Shown: positions 1 to 12,255, counted from the whole stretch's first letter. The stretch is 62,768 nucleotides of DNA, filler included, from Globobulimina sp. (GCA_003354225.1; 22 parts of 22 records of this genome joined end to end with filler, not necessarily neighbours in it), one strand, 5' to 3'. Notes: generated from the letters alone by a model not told the origin. Program-made: numbers and translations.

Positions 1-67
1 CTTTTTTACAGGCGTTGTTTGGAATAAAAAATAAAAACAATTGCAATTGAATTAAATTCAATTCTTG

Positions 68-1069
68 CTACGTTGCTGTTGAATTTACACTACGTTTTTT
101 GAAATTAAATTCAATTCTTGCTACGTTGTAATAATGTAATGAATTAATTGTGGATGGACCAAATTGAGAGGAAAGAATTGAATCAAAATCCTTACTGCAT
201 TTTCCTTTTCCTTTTCCTTTTCTTCTTCTTTTTCTTTTTTTTCTACGTTTCTTTTTGCGTTCTTGTATCCTTTGCATTAAACGGGACACTTTCTCGTCTT
301 CATTCCGTATCGCCCGGACACTACAATATATTCCCGATGAGCGGATTAATACAATTGAATATATTGATGATAAGATCGTCACCATAGCGAGGAATGAAGC
401 AATACACAATAATATCACAAAGGCATTGTTATGTAATTGCAATTCGGATTTACTTCTCATTGTTGCCGAGCATTTATCATCATCTTTATGATCAAAATAA
501 CATTCACCGGTAACATTAGTCAGAGTGTGACAGGCTGCCATTTCGTGCATTTTATTGCCACATTTTGTTGTGAATGGATGGCCGTCCACAGTTTTATATT
601 CATAATGGCACAAATTCGTATTATTTCCATTATTGGCAACTGTATGATTGCTAATTGTACACTGCACATGCTTTGAACCAGCACAATGAGTTAATTTCCA
701 ATCATCCATTAATTCGCTGGACAATGCCGTTAATAATAATGTTGTTGTTAATGTTAATGAGCCGCAACTAAATATGCTACAAAATGTTGATTTTCTTTTA
801 TTTTTAACATGCTTTTTTAAATTAACAAAAGACTCAGAATATAGTACATCTTCGTCTTTGTCATGATCAGTCTCAGAATTTACGTGAGTCAGCTCCAGAT
901 CAAATATGTAACTATTCTTATTGTTTGCAATCGATACTTGCGTTTCTTGCGTAAATTCGACATCTGAAAGGTTCGCCGATGGGCAAATGTCGAGTGCGAT
1001 TGTTTGCATGTCTTGGTCATCGCATGTGGGTAATGGTGGGGGTGTGGCCATTTGCAAAGGGTTTTTCAT
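68..1069 (-). CDS. Hypothetical membrane protein: two hydrophobic segments around a Cys-rich loop, then a basic tail
   Basis: Long ORF with TM-like stretches (CSIFSCGSLTLTTTLLLTAL; AFVILLCIASFLAMVTILSSIYSIVLI) and a K/R run. Start taken at MKNPLQ (1069). Confidence 0.6.
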   Translation of the reverse strand: MKNPLQMATPPPLPTCDDQDMQTIALDICPSANLSDVEFTQETQVSIANNKNSYIFDLELTHVNSETDHDKDEDVLYSESFVNLKKHVKNKRKSTFCSIFSCGSLTLTTTLLLTALSSELMDDWKLTHCAGSKHVQCTISNHTVANNGNNTNLCHYEYKTVDGHPFTTKCGNKMHEMAACHTLTNVTGECYFDHKDDDKCSATMRSKSELQLHNNAFVILLCIASFLAMVTILSSIYSIVLIRSSGIYCSVRAIRNEDEKVSRLMQRIQERKKKRRKKRKRRRKGKGKGKCSKDFDSILSSQFGPSTINSLHYYNVARIEFNFKKRSVNSTAT

Positions 1070-1185
1070 CACCCTTGAAGGCAAATAGGCAATGGGTAAT
1101 GGGTAATATATGTGGATTACTTTTGTGCCGTTTCGAGTGAAAAAATAACTGCAAAAAACAGTTACTCCTAAATATACAGTATACA

Positions 1186-2565
1186 ATGGGTAATTTACTA
1201 GCGAAAAAAGTCGTGTGTTCTAACGTAGCACTTACACAGCATATCAGTAATGTGCGTGAATTGGATGATTTATTGACAGAAAAGATCAAGAAAAGTAAAT
1301 ACCCCATACCTGGATTGTCATTGTCATATATTAGCAAAGATCAAGGCTGTTATTATTATAATTTCGGTGTACAAGACATTGAAACCAATCAAGCAATAAC
1401 AGCGAAATCAATTTATCATTTATTTGATGGAACTCATTTATTCACAGCAACTGCCATCATGCAATTGTTTGAAAATAATCGATTAAATTTGACAGATCCC
1501 ATTGCTAATTATTTGACACAAGATTACTTTGTAAATTTTACCAAAACCCTTAAAACCAGAGACTTTTTGTTAAATGATATTAGTATTCAAAATTTATTGA
1601 CACATTCAACACTTTTACCGGATAATAAGACTGGATACAATGCATTGCATTTGCCACAATCTAAGGAATTATATGCGGATCATACTGATATTGATATTGA
1701 TATCGATAATAATGATGATATCGACTGGACATTTAATACATTGAATGCATTAAAAAAATACGGAAAATTTGAAATTAGGAAAGTGCGAAAAAATCTATAT
1801 TGCAAATATAATAATTTTGGCTATGCAATGTTAGGAGAAATAATACATAATGCAAATGAAAAGGATTTGGACTATCAACAATATATAAAAGAAAGTATTT
1901 TTTCTCCCTTAAATATGAAAACAACTGATTTTGGTTATAATAAATATGAAAATGCGAATTATGCGCAGGCAAATGGTAATATTTCGTGTGGATATATTCA
2001 TAGATTTGGTTTATTTGTACCAACATTGCGATATTATTGTGGCAAAAATAAATATAAACAATTGATTAGACACAAACAAAAGCGATTAATTGGATTGAAT
2101 GAGTTTGAAATGGATTCGCTATCAAATAATGGCATTATTGGCAACATTGAGGAATTTTCGTCATTTTTGTTGTCTCATTTACATGGAAATGTTTTGAATG
2201 AGACAAGTTTGTCAATGATGCAAGACAACCAATTATACGGTGGAATTGGTGTTGAATCAAAATATGCGCAGGGATATGGCTGGAAAATTGGAATAATGAA
2301 TGAAAATAACGATGACAATGTAATAAGATTCCTAAATAACGAAGGTTATGGACCTGGATTTACAACGGAAATGCGAATATATCCAGATGATGATTGTGCA
2401 ATTATTGTATGTTGTAATTACGCACCATCCACAAAAAAGGGCATTTTTAAATTTATGCACCAATTAATTCATACGGTATTTAAATGTATGGATGTGATCG
2501 AATTAGAACTCGAAACAAGAAATGTTTCATCCAAAGTTAAATGTGACAATAACAAAATAGAGTGA
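1186..2565 (+). CDS. Beta-lactamase/serine hydrolase-fold protein, probably lacking the canonical catalytic Ser
   Basis: Family motifs IPGLS, FTATAIMQL..L.LTDPI..YL, LLTHS, YNNFGYAMLGEII, IFSPLNMKTT, GYGW, G.GPGFTT. The SxxK position reads DGTH. MG start suggests myristoylation. Confidence 0.85.
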   Translation: MGNLLAKKVVCSNVALTQHISNVRELDDLLTEKIKKSKYPIPGLSLSYISKDQGCYYYNFGVQDIETNQAITAKSIYHLFDGTHLFTATAIMQLFENNRLNLTDPIANYLTQDYFVNFTKTLKTRDFLLNDISIQNLLTHSTLLPDNKTGYNALHLPQSKELYADHTDIDIDIDNNDDIDWTFNTLNALKKYGKFEIRKVRKNLYCKYNNFGYAMLGEIIHNANEKDLDYQQYIKESIFSPLNMKTTDFGYNKYENANYAQANGNISCGYIHRFGLFVPTLRYYCGKNKYKQLIRHKQKRLIGLNEFEMDSLSNNGIIGNIEEFSSFLLSHLHGNVLNETSLSMMQDNQLYGGIGVESKYAQGYGWKIGIMNENNDDNVIRFLNNEGYGPGFTTEMRIYPDDDCAIIVCCNYAPSTKKGIFKFMHQLIHTVFKCMDVIELELETRNVSSKVKCDNNKIE

Positions 2566-2859
2566 AAAAAATGTTTACGACTTTAATATGAGCCTAGCTT
2601 CACAGACAGAAACAACAAGGATCGACAAGGTCATGTAACTCATATTCTAATTTATCAAACACATTTAGTACCACAATCCCACAAATACATCTTTTGCCTA
2701 AAAGAAAGTTTTTTCATCAACAATCTACTTTAACTTTAACTAAACAAAAACACTCTTCCNNNNNNNNNNNNNNNNNNNNNNNNNNNNNNNNNNNNNNNNN
2801 NNNTTAATTAATTAANNNNNNNNNNNNNNNNNNNNNNNNNNNNNNNNNNNNNNNNNNNN

Positions 2860-5462
2860 AGTGCAACAACGCATATTATCGCGTATTGGTGGATATGAGT
2901 TTTTGCGTGGTTTGGGCTTTCGTGAGCTGACCAAACGTAAATTGATTTGTGACTATCCAGATTTTGATGTCGTCGCAACTGCGATCACTGCCATCAATGC
3001 TAAGTTAGTTATCATTGAGCGGCATAGGAGCACACCGCCACCGATTATACCCGATGCATTGCACAATGATGGTGCCGATGTCGTGGATGTAGACCAAGAA
3101 GAAAAACAACAACCTGTCGACGCTGACAATGCTGACAATGAACAGGATATTGATCAGTATTTGAAAAATAAAAATAATGTAAATAACGTATGTTAACTGA
3201 TACATTTTACAGATTCAAACTGAAATTTTGAGTCCGATTTTGATACAAAAATCTAGTTTGAATCTGATATCAATAATTAATATATTTCAGGAAGAAAAGT
3301 CAGAGAAGAAAGAGGAAGTAATTACCGAAGAAGGCTCAGAAGCAAAAGGACCCAAAGTGGTCATTGTCGAGTTGCAGTTGGACCAAATTGTATCAGATGC
3401 AGTAAAATCAGATGGTCCCCAACCAGCGCTATCGTCCTATAATAATGACGATGATGAAAAAAAATCTATGGTTAACGAGGAAAATGTACATAAAAAGGAA
3501 CCAAATGTGGAAGGCTCAGGGCATGAAATTGAGATTGAAATTGCCCCAAACAATGAGAATGACAATGATATGGATGTACGAGAAAGAAAAGAATCGCAAG
3601 TCACCTCAGCATATTACAGCGAGGAAGAAGATGAGAAATTAGGCATTGTAATAAAACAAGACAAGAATGAAGAAACTGATGCCGGTCCTATTCAAACTGA
3701 AGAATATTTCGCCAAACAAAGAGAGAAAATACAAACAAACAGAAAACGATCATTATCGTGGAGCAAAAACCAAAATAAAAATGCAGAAAAAACCGTTTTT
3801 AAAATACAAACAAAACGTGAGAAAAAAATACGTTTTCAAAATGCAGAATTTAGCCCACGAAGCAACCCAAATAGCGGGCATCGACACACTTTGCCGCCAA
3901 AGAATTTAGTCAAACATGAGCAATATGTCCAAGTCCCAAACACAAAATATGTGATACGCAAGAAAAAAAATAGCAACAAGGTATGGCGACATGATCTCTT
4001 ACTAAAAAAACTTTTTTTTTTTGAGTCAACTTCAAAATGTTGACGATCTTCAGAAATGTTTTTTTCTCAAACGCAAAAAAAAATGTATACACAGAAACGT
4101 GGACGAAGACCAAAAGCGCATACCACGGTTCACATAGACAAACAGCGATCGTCTTCATTGAGTTCGCCGCGGCAAAAAAAGAAAATGTCGCTGGACGCAA
4201 TCGACGACATTGAGGACGAAATCGAGCGCGCTTTTATCGATTCTGAGCGTAGATTGACTTCGAATGAGTTGCGATTGAACGACGAAGAAGATGTCGAGTC
4301 ACTTTTTAATGAGGATATGGATTATCGGCAAGATAAATATAATCATAATATCCAATACGATGACATTGCTAAACCGCACGACGACTTTTATATAAATCAT
4401 AACTCCCAGAAATTGGCCAGAACGCAAAATAATTTTGAACAGAGTCAGGACGATTTTGTGCCAAACCATCCACGCAACACATTGAGCGACGGGCATTTGG
4501 CCAAAATCCATATGGACGATTTGGACGAAGTCGATATCAGTCCGAGAATACCCACTTCGCCAAAGGGCAAACTGCGCAAAAAACCGACGTATAAACATCG
4601 AAAACCGCGAAGTAACAGTTTTGACAATAAAGTAAAGCCATTGCCACAGCAACCAATCAGTATTTTGTTGCCTTATGAAAAGAAGAAAATTGCCAAAAAA
4701 ATTGGGAAGAAAAAATTGAAAAAAAGAGGCATTCGCAAATCTGTGGGTGCGTTTTTTAGCAATTTTACCGGTCGAAAAAATCCGAAGTATACCATTGAAG
4801 ATTTGACGTCGATTAAAAAGGAAAGGAATGAGTATCGGGCACAGAATCCGTCCGATTATTATGCGTATTATGGAGATCCGCAAAAACAAAACAGTCCACG
4901 GAAACATGTGAAGGCTGAAAAGTTTATGGCAAACAATCAAAAAAATGAAAAGTTTGTGGCTGCGGCCGGCGATTATTTGCATATTGCAAACAATCAAAAA
5001 AATAATAATTCGCAGAATTTGGCTGGAACGCAATTTGTGAATAAAAAAAATAATAATATGTCTGGAACGCAATTTGCAAACAATCAAAAATATGCGCATA
5101 ATCCACCGAATTTGTTAAATAATGCATCACCGAAATCAATGGCAATGTATCCGGCTCGCGATCGGCAGATACCGTTGCAAAAAATGGTGGTGATGTTCGA
5201 GGATGAAACGGTTGTTTCAATGGAGGTGAATGCCAATATTTGCAGTGTGAATGTGATATCGTTGGCGTTGGAAAAACGTGGATGGAGCTCATCAATGACT
5301 CATTTGTTTAATTTATGCATAAAAGACAATGATCCATTGTCTGATTCGACGAGTATTACTATTTTGGAGGATGATAGAAAACCAATTCCATCTCTTCCTC
5401 AAATTGTACAGCATTTGAAACTTGTAAATCCGCAATTTATTATAACTTATAAACAGCAATAA
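2860..5462 (+). CDS. 5'-partial three-exon gene: PUB-like end, low-complexity linker, C-terminal ubiquitin-like (RA/FERM-F1-type) domain
   Basis: QQRILSRIGGYEFLRGLGF resembles the PUB C-terminus. Phase-0 GT-AG introns 3188-3290 and 3981-4094 join three ORFs in frame. C-terminal KMVVMFEDETVVSMEV...LFNLCI fits a beta-grasp pattern. Confidence 0.65.
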
Positions 5463-5718
5463 TATCGATTATTTTTTATTTTTTTCGTTACTTTTTTTTT
5501 TCTTTGAAATATTTTTTGTGTTTGATGATGTTTTTATAGTTTTGGGGATGTATTTTTTTTATAGTCTTGATATGATTTGCAATGTATTTTTTTTCTTCTC
5601 GAGATATTTTTGAAAATANNNNNNNNNNNNNNNNNNNNNNNNNNNNNNNNNNNNNNNNNNNNTTAATTAATTAANNNNNNNNNNNNNNNNNNNNNNNNNN
5701 NNNNNNNNNNNNNNNNNN

Positions 5719-6702
5719 AAAGGAAAACCAAAAATTGATTTATCATTGCCAACAATCTCCAAAACACCACCACAAAAAGAGCTACTCCAAATTAGCCCAT
5801 CAACCCCAACAAATCCAGCAGAACCAAATAAAAAAGAAAAAGCAAAACCAAAATCCAAATCTAAATCTAAATCTAAAGGCAAACGACATCAAGAAATCCA
5901 TCCAATTTCCAAAGCATTAACCACAACCTCAATATTTTGTGCAATGCTGTATCTTTGGTGCACCTTAGCCATTGTTATATTATCCACCAATGAGAAACAC
6001 CCCAAATGTTACTGGATATCCTTAAATTTTGAGATTGTATACACGCAGCGATATTGTTTGTATATGTATTATTTATTTCGCGCGCATTTAACATTTGAAA
6101 AATCTTCGCATGAAATATCAAGAAAGAAGATGCTTTACATCGTATCGACTATAACTGTGCTATGGGTATTTGGCGAAACATTTTATATTATTTGGAATTC
6201 GGTGGTGAATAATTGTACGGAGGGATCGAATATAATTTCCATAGTTCCTTTAGGTGTAACTGAGACTTGCACCTCGTCGTTTTGTGTATGGTTATTTTAT
6301 TCAAAGTTAAAACGGGTTTACTCTCCAAAAAAGAGGAAAAGTGCACAAAACTCGACAGCGGTTAATTATAAATTACAATATTTATTTTCAAAGTTAATGA
6401 TTTTAGCTGGAGCTGCTATTGGGACTACATTTTGCGTGTTGAGTTTTTGGCCATTTTCGTTTGCGTTTGGTTTGATGGCTATCGATACTCCAATCAATGT
6501 CGTATGTTGTTTGTGAAACACTTTTTTGTGCAGTACACGTGTTTATATATACAAATATATATAGAGTTGCATGGTATTATCATTTTCGTTTTATGATAAA
6601 TATTACAGAATATTTTGTGCTCCGTGCAGGCGATGTTTTGAGCCACCAGAACCACCACCAATTGATCTTAAAGCTGATGCTGTTGAAGTGTGTGAAGTGT
6701 GA
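5719..6702 (+). CDS. Divergent 7TM GPCR-like membrane protein (5'-partial)
   Basis: Several TM helices. Intron 6502-6564 gives last exon SCMVLSFSFYDKYYRIFCAPC..., matching the D..IN..C..L.F....Y...C pattern of the 34645-35841 protein. Confidence 0.7.
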
Positions 6703-6841
6703 ATGCATTACTTTGGCCGTACATTGGTTTACAGGGTTTACTTTTGTGTGAGGATAATCTAAAAGATAATCCCTCTAAACCCAAGTACGGGGAAAGTAAT
6801 TATTAAAGTAATAATTAATATTAATTAATATTCGTCTCGCT

Positions 6842-7026
6842 ATGTTTCGTTGTTCACTTTTAAATACTTTAGACATATACGTTTGAAACTGTATTCGTTG
6901 TTCACTTTTAGACATGTTTCGTTGTTCACTTTTAAATAATTTAGACATGTTTCGTTGTATACTTTAGACATGTTTCGTTGTTCACTTTTAAATAATTTGA
7001 AACAGGAATACGTTTGAAACTGTATA
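6842..7026. repeat. Imperfect tandem minisatellite (core TTTAGACATGTTTCGTTGTTCACTTTTA), about 5 copies
   Basis: TTCGTTGTTCACTTTTA, TTTAGACAT and ATACGTTTGAAACTGTAT recur back to back with no unique spacers. Confidence 0.85.
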
Positions 7027-7151
7027 CATTCAGATCCGCAATTATCTGAATGTGCAATTGCACAATCTGTATTCTGTGGGTGTCTCTTAGTAGAAAATGA
7101 AATCATAAAAAAAGTCAAGCTGTGGACTGTGGTTCATTTTTCTACTAAAAC

Positions 7152-8477
7152 ATGGGAGTATGTAACGCTACAGCAAACGATATAAATACCAAAGAAATAG
7201 ATTCACAATTAAAGAAAGAACAAGCATATGAACAAAAATATAAAAAGCTCTTGTTTCTAGGTCCAGGCGGTTCGGGCAAATCGACGATTTTTAAAGTTAA
7301 ATTACTAAAGATTCCGTTTTGTGGTTTAACACTAATATATATAATTATATATAGCAATTACAATGGTCGCACGGAGGTGGATATAGCCAGGAATACGCCA
7401 TCTTATCTAAAAATCCTATACACTGCCACATAATATCGCAGATGAAGAGCGCAATAACGCATTATTTATCTGACAATGATCTGAAAACAACGGAAAACAA
7501 AACGAATGAAATAGCATTGCAAACAGACGCACATATTGATAGGGTATGTCGCTATGACCACCGTCTTGTATTAACACAAGAAATTGCTGAATCAATCTCA
7601 TTTATTTGGAAAAATGATCAGCGATTAAAGGATATATTTACACTCCATCCTAGCAAGAAAATATTGGATGAAACAACGCCATATTTTTGGAATTCATTAC
7701 AGAGAATATCAGCCAGTGACTATGTACCCAACAGAATGGATATTATCAACACTAGAAACGCGACCATAGGTACCTCTATCTTCACATTTGTTGCATGTAC
7801 ATATTGATTGTATATTTTGTAATGTTTATATAAAAGGAATCACACAAAATAGATTTATGATTGACGATGTTAAATTTCATATATTTGATGTTGGAGGTAT
7901 GTAATATGTATTTTACAATGTTTTTGTTAGAATGTTTGCGATATTATGTATAAATTATAAAAGGGCAAAAATCCGAACGAAAGAAATGGATAAACGTATT
8001 TGATGAAGTGGATGGAATTGCTTTTGTTACATCGTTGTCATGTTACAATGAGGTAATGTTTGAAGATGAAAATACAAATTGTATGGTTGATGCTATTCAA
8101 CTGTTTGACAGCATTATTAATCACAAACTTTTTGTGGAAACGGCGATTATTTTATTTTTGAATAAAAAGGATTTGTTTCAGCAGAAAATTCAAAATTTGG
8201 CCATTACGGTTTGTCCAGCATTTACGGATTTTGATAGAAACGAAGATCCGAAGGATTTCATACAAACGACAGAATATATTAAAAAAAAATTTCAAGATGT
8301 TAATGACCAGAACCGCCAGATTTATATCCATATAACATACGCATTGGATAACGTAAATATTAAAGACGTTTTTGACGAAATTGAAATAATGGTTGTCACC
8401 GACAACATGCAGGAAGTAAGCGGACAGGAAAAACTGGTTCCGGGAAAAGCGACAGTACTTGGTCCTGTAAAAGTCAT
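7152..8477 (+). CDS. Heterotrimeric G-protein alpha subunit (4 exons; 3' end uncertain)
   Basis: MGxC N-terminus, P-loop GPGGSGKST, switch I RNATIG, DVGGQKSERKKW, FLNKKD, HITYALD. Introns 7296-7354, 7770-7836 and 7897-7963 keep the frame. Confidence 0.95.
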
Positions 8478-8577
8478 NNNNNNNNNNNNNNNNNNNNNNN
8501 NNNNNNNNNNNNNNNNNNNNNTTAATTAATTAANNNNNNNNNNNNNNNNNNNNNNNNNNNNNNNNNNNNNNNNNNNN

Positions 8578-9688
8578 TACTACATAATACATACTATGTA
8601 CTGACTATATACCTTAACACAGCCCAAGAGGCGCCACAATATCTCGTGTCATTCTCCACGATGCATTCCACAAAATGTTTGCATTTATGACACGACTGCA
8701 ACGCATACGATATATCGTTATCAAAATGATTCAATTTATCAATACGTTTCTCTTTGTTTTCGTGCAAAACATGGATCATAGACTCCTGCCGTGCGGCTAA
8801 TAGATGCTTTAATAAATTGAATTCTTTTCGTATTATATTCTCGCATTCAGAGGCACCGCTATCCAACGCCTCGCAGCGCCGCCGGATGAGATTCCGAGTG
8901 ATATGTAACTGCGATATGATGCTATCCATTCGAGCCAAGGCTTCCTGCTCTTTGTCACTCATTACGAGGATATGTTTGATTTCATTGTCTCGCTCGCGCA
9001 GTTTGTCAATGTCATTCATGTCATGTTGTTGGTTATAGCTATAATTATCGCCCTCTTTGTTGCCCGATATATTATATCGATTATAATAGTCCGGATCGCT
9101 GGGCCCAGGGACGAAGAATCCCAATGGTAAATGATGTAAATTATCCCTTAATTGTGGATGAAATGGGTGCTGTTCTCGCAATTTGTGGCTGGTATACTCA
9201 TGTTTTGTATTGATACCACTCATCGGGTCATGTATGGCATTGATAAACTTGCGCCGTTGGATGATATTTAGATGGGCACCGTCTGCGATTTGGATCAAAT
9301 CTGGCCATTCTTTGAGTAGTTTTAATTCAGTGCTGGGATGTGTGATTCCTGCCGCTTCGATTAAAACTGTCATTAATCCATTGCCTATGCTGTCGCTGAA
9401 CCATACGTTGTGAGATTGCAACCAGGCACATATTCTGTATTGAGCTGAGTCTTCGGCAAATCCGGCGTTAATAGGTTTGTTATAATTAGTGGGTGCTGTT
9501 AACGTTGGCGTTGCTGCAATTGGTATATGATTTGTGTGGTTTTGCTGTGCTTCTGTTTCATGGCGGAGGCTATTTTGTAAATGGATATTAGTGATTTGAG
9601 TTGTTGGGTTTGGTGTTGTTAATATTGTTAGATCCTGGGTTGCGTCTGGATGGATTGGGTCGTCTTTTCTTCTGAATTTATTGAACAT
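8578..9688 (-). CDS. 3'-partial protein with a SAM-like helical domain and a TRIM/BBC-like coiled coil
   Basis: ICAWLQSH...LNIIQRRKFINAI is SAM-like; IRKEFNLLKHLLAARQESMIHVL is BBC-like. Ends at a GT donor near the contig edge. Confidence 0.55.
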
Positions 9689-9962
9689 TGCGAGAGTCAC
9701 GTTGACATGCTAAAAATACATTTCATGTGCAAGTTTTTAAAAGATCTTATTTTTAAATTCTGAATAATGTCAAAACGGTTTGCTTCTGACGCTGAAAAAT
9801 AAAAATCTGACGCTGAAAAGTGAAAACCTGATGCTTTTAAATGATTATTAAACAGAAAATAAAAAAAATATTAATTCTTCGATTGAAAATATTGAAATCG
9901 TTGATTGAAAACTTGATGTTGTTTGGATCGATTTGACGATTTCGGATTTCATTTTATTACTT

Positions 9963-10421
9963 TCAAACTTCATCGTTTTGAACTGTATTAATATTGGAAT
10001 TGGGAGCGCCTCTGGCTGCACGTTGTACGGTTTTAAAGCAGCAATACCAAACCAAACCAAATAAACAGCAGCACCCACAGATGGCAACGATGGCAATAAT
10101 AATGATGACAGCAATGCCCATCCCAGCCACAGCATCAATTGTTGTGGTATTTATATTTAATGTTGGCGACGGCGATGGCGATGAACACATATCATCTAAG
10201 AAACACACATGCCATCCTGAACCATCTTGTGTAGTATCAGATCCATATTGACACCAACAGGACCCATATGCAGTAGAGCCGAATGATGGATCAACTCCAA
10301 TATTCGCGATATCACATCCATTGTTACATGCTTGCTCCACACATTCGTCCACTGAATAATATCCGATATAATATTCTCCTGCCAAATTCTGATTGCTTTC
10401 TATCCAGTTACAACCCGACAT
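9963..10421 (-). CDS. Small single-pass membrane protein with Cys-rich ectodomain and a juxtamembrane Cys cluster
   Basis: Cys-rich N-region (SVDECVEQAC...CWCQ), SP-rich stalk, TM GIAVIIIIAIVAICGCCC. May be 5'-truncated. Confidence 0.65.
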   Translation of the reverse strand: MSGCNWIESNQNLAGEYYIGYYSVDECVEQACNNGCDIANIGVDPSFGSTAYGSCWCQYGSDTTQDGSGWHVCFLDDMCSSPSPSPTLNINTTTIDAVAGMGIAVIIIIAIVAICGCCCLFGLVWYCCFKTVQRAARGAPNSNINTVQNDEV

Positions 10422-10789
10422 TCTATCCAGTTGTGTAGTATTGTGTACTTAAAATTTAATTTAGTTTAATTGTTATCGATGTTGAGATTGGCATGACGGC
10501 TGATTACGCCATTGACATAAATATCATATCCATTTTAGCTGTATTTGTTTTATCTTTTGAATGTCTACAACCGCAAATGATGTTTTACAACAATGTTTTT
10601 AAATTGTCCGATGTGATCTTGTCCGAGGTAATATTAAATTTTTGTAACATTTTTGTAATAAATGTTTTCTCCAACAAAGTCACAGCAGTAATGCAAGCAC
10701 TGCCACAGCATAATTCTTATATTAATTGCTACCACACAACATTCACAACAAAGTTTCAAAGTATATACAGCTAAAATTGCCATGCAAAA

Positions 10790-11131
10790 CCTACCTGTAA
10801 TGGACCCTTTTTTTAATATACTAAACAATGATACAAAAAACCATACAATTAATATAATGACGCTTGGTTTAATGATTTGTGATTCCGTTTCAATGAAAGA
10901 TTTGCATAACTCCACTTTATCTGCGCTTAACTGCGATGGCATTATGCCGCAACCATCCGCCATTGACATTATTTCGTCGTTATAGTGTATATTATTGTCA
11001 TTGCCATTGCTGCTGCCAGAGGCTACGGTGTCTGCTGAAACCTCTTCTGATGAGTGGTTTGCGACTATGTCATGTTTATCAGCATCTAACATCAAGCCAT
11101 CTTTGCTCGTCCCCGGCTTCGTATGGGTCAT
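10790..11131 (-). CDS. Internal fragment of a multipass transporter-like gene (possibly TauE/SafE family)
   Basis: Hydrophilic loop then IETESQ...IILIVWFFVSLFSILKKG followed by a GT donor. Family call is by weak resemblance only. Confidence 0.3.
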
Positions 11132-11336
11132 CTTCTCCCCGATTGTCTTTTTCCTAGGCCTGAAGATGAGGACCAGGAGAGATTATCCGTCCTGAAAATC
11201 AAAGTAGACAAAGGGCAGGCCACCGATTCTGAAAAAAAAGAATGGTTCGATTACAAGAAGAAAAAGATGGAATTAGTGCTTAATGCTCCTGCGGATTCCT
11301 TCATGCAAATTAATTTTGTCGATCCTGAAGTCCCGC
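11123..11336 (+). CDS. Possible prokaryotic FmdE-family fragment at the contig end
   Basis: KVDKGQATDSEKKEWF...ELVLNAPADSFMQI..V.P resembles the FmdE C-terminal half. It lies opposite and adjacent to a eukaryotic fragment, so it may be chimeric. Confidence 0.3.
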
Positions 11337-11436
11337 NNNNNNNNNNNNNNNNNNNNNNNNNNNNNNNNNNNNNNNNNNNNTTAATTAATTAANNNNNNNN
11401 NNNNNNNNNNNNNNNNNNNNNNNNNNNNNNNNNNNN

Positions 11437-12210
11437 ATAATCTAAAAGTATTTTAAGTGTAAAAAAATAAATAGAAATAGAAATGATGTGTAATCTTATT
11501 ATCTTAACTTGATTTGAAGGGATTGGCAGCAATGCATCATTTATATCATTAATAACAATCATTTGTGGTTTTGTTAAATGTGCTTTTAGTGAATAAAAAT
11601 GTATTTTATCCGAATATGTAATAAATCCAATTTGAATCCGTTCGTCGCTGAATGTATTTTCATCATTCATCATTTGTTTGATTGTATTACAAATATCATT
11701 CAATATGTTTGATTTAATTAATTGTTTATTGACATTGATAATAAATAAATACGAGGGAAATTGTGGTGGACGAACACAATATTCGTCCGGTGCCACAATC
11801 TCAATAGATGCAAATTGTAGTTCCTTGCATAAACCAGATAAGTAATTTTGATAATATATGTTATTAATTTCATTACTTTTTCCACATAAATTGCAGATCC
11901 AATGAGTATGCATTCCATTTGATACCCATTCAATATACGGATTAATATAAGCCCGACAGGCACGACATCGAATCACCGAACCTTGCGCAAAATTTACTAA
12001 ATGCATTCCGCTGTCTACGTCTGTATCGGGCTGTAATGGTTGGCATATCACTCCAAAATCTAAATTGCTATTCCTGCTCATTGTGGATGTGGATGGAAAA
12101 TAATATATTGAACTGTCCATAAATGATATTGGACATTCTTCAATTCCTGTTTTAGTATCATGAGTGTCATCATATTGAGTAGTGTTTGTATTGGCATAAT
12201 CTGCTGCCAT
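11437..12210 (-). CDS. SEC24: COPII coat subunit Sec24 family (zinc finger and start of trunk domain), 3'-partial
   Basis: VIRCRACRAYINPY, WICNLCGKSN, ELQFASIEIVAPDEYCVRPP, IGFITY..KIHFY.L, PQMIVIND. Confidence 0.93.
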
Positions 12211-12255
12211 ACTCAAATCAGTACAAGCTTCAGTTAAATCTTTTTTTCTTTGTTG

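Noticed and set aside
4299-5099. Long antisense or alternative-frame ORFs (also 13343-13945, 39460-39915, 55773-56692)
   Set aside because: Shadows of low-complexity or codon-biased genes on the other strand; no motifs.
6842-7026. CRISPR-like array
   Set aside because: Units abut or share their intervening sequence; there are no unique spacers or cas genes, and the context is eukaryotic.
9785-9835. Short direct repeats (TCTGACGCTGAAAA with 21-bp period; TTATACATAGTCACTTT twice at 60196-60240)
   Set aside because: Only two or three copies in AT-rich intergenic DNA; no function can be supported.
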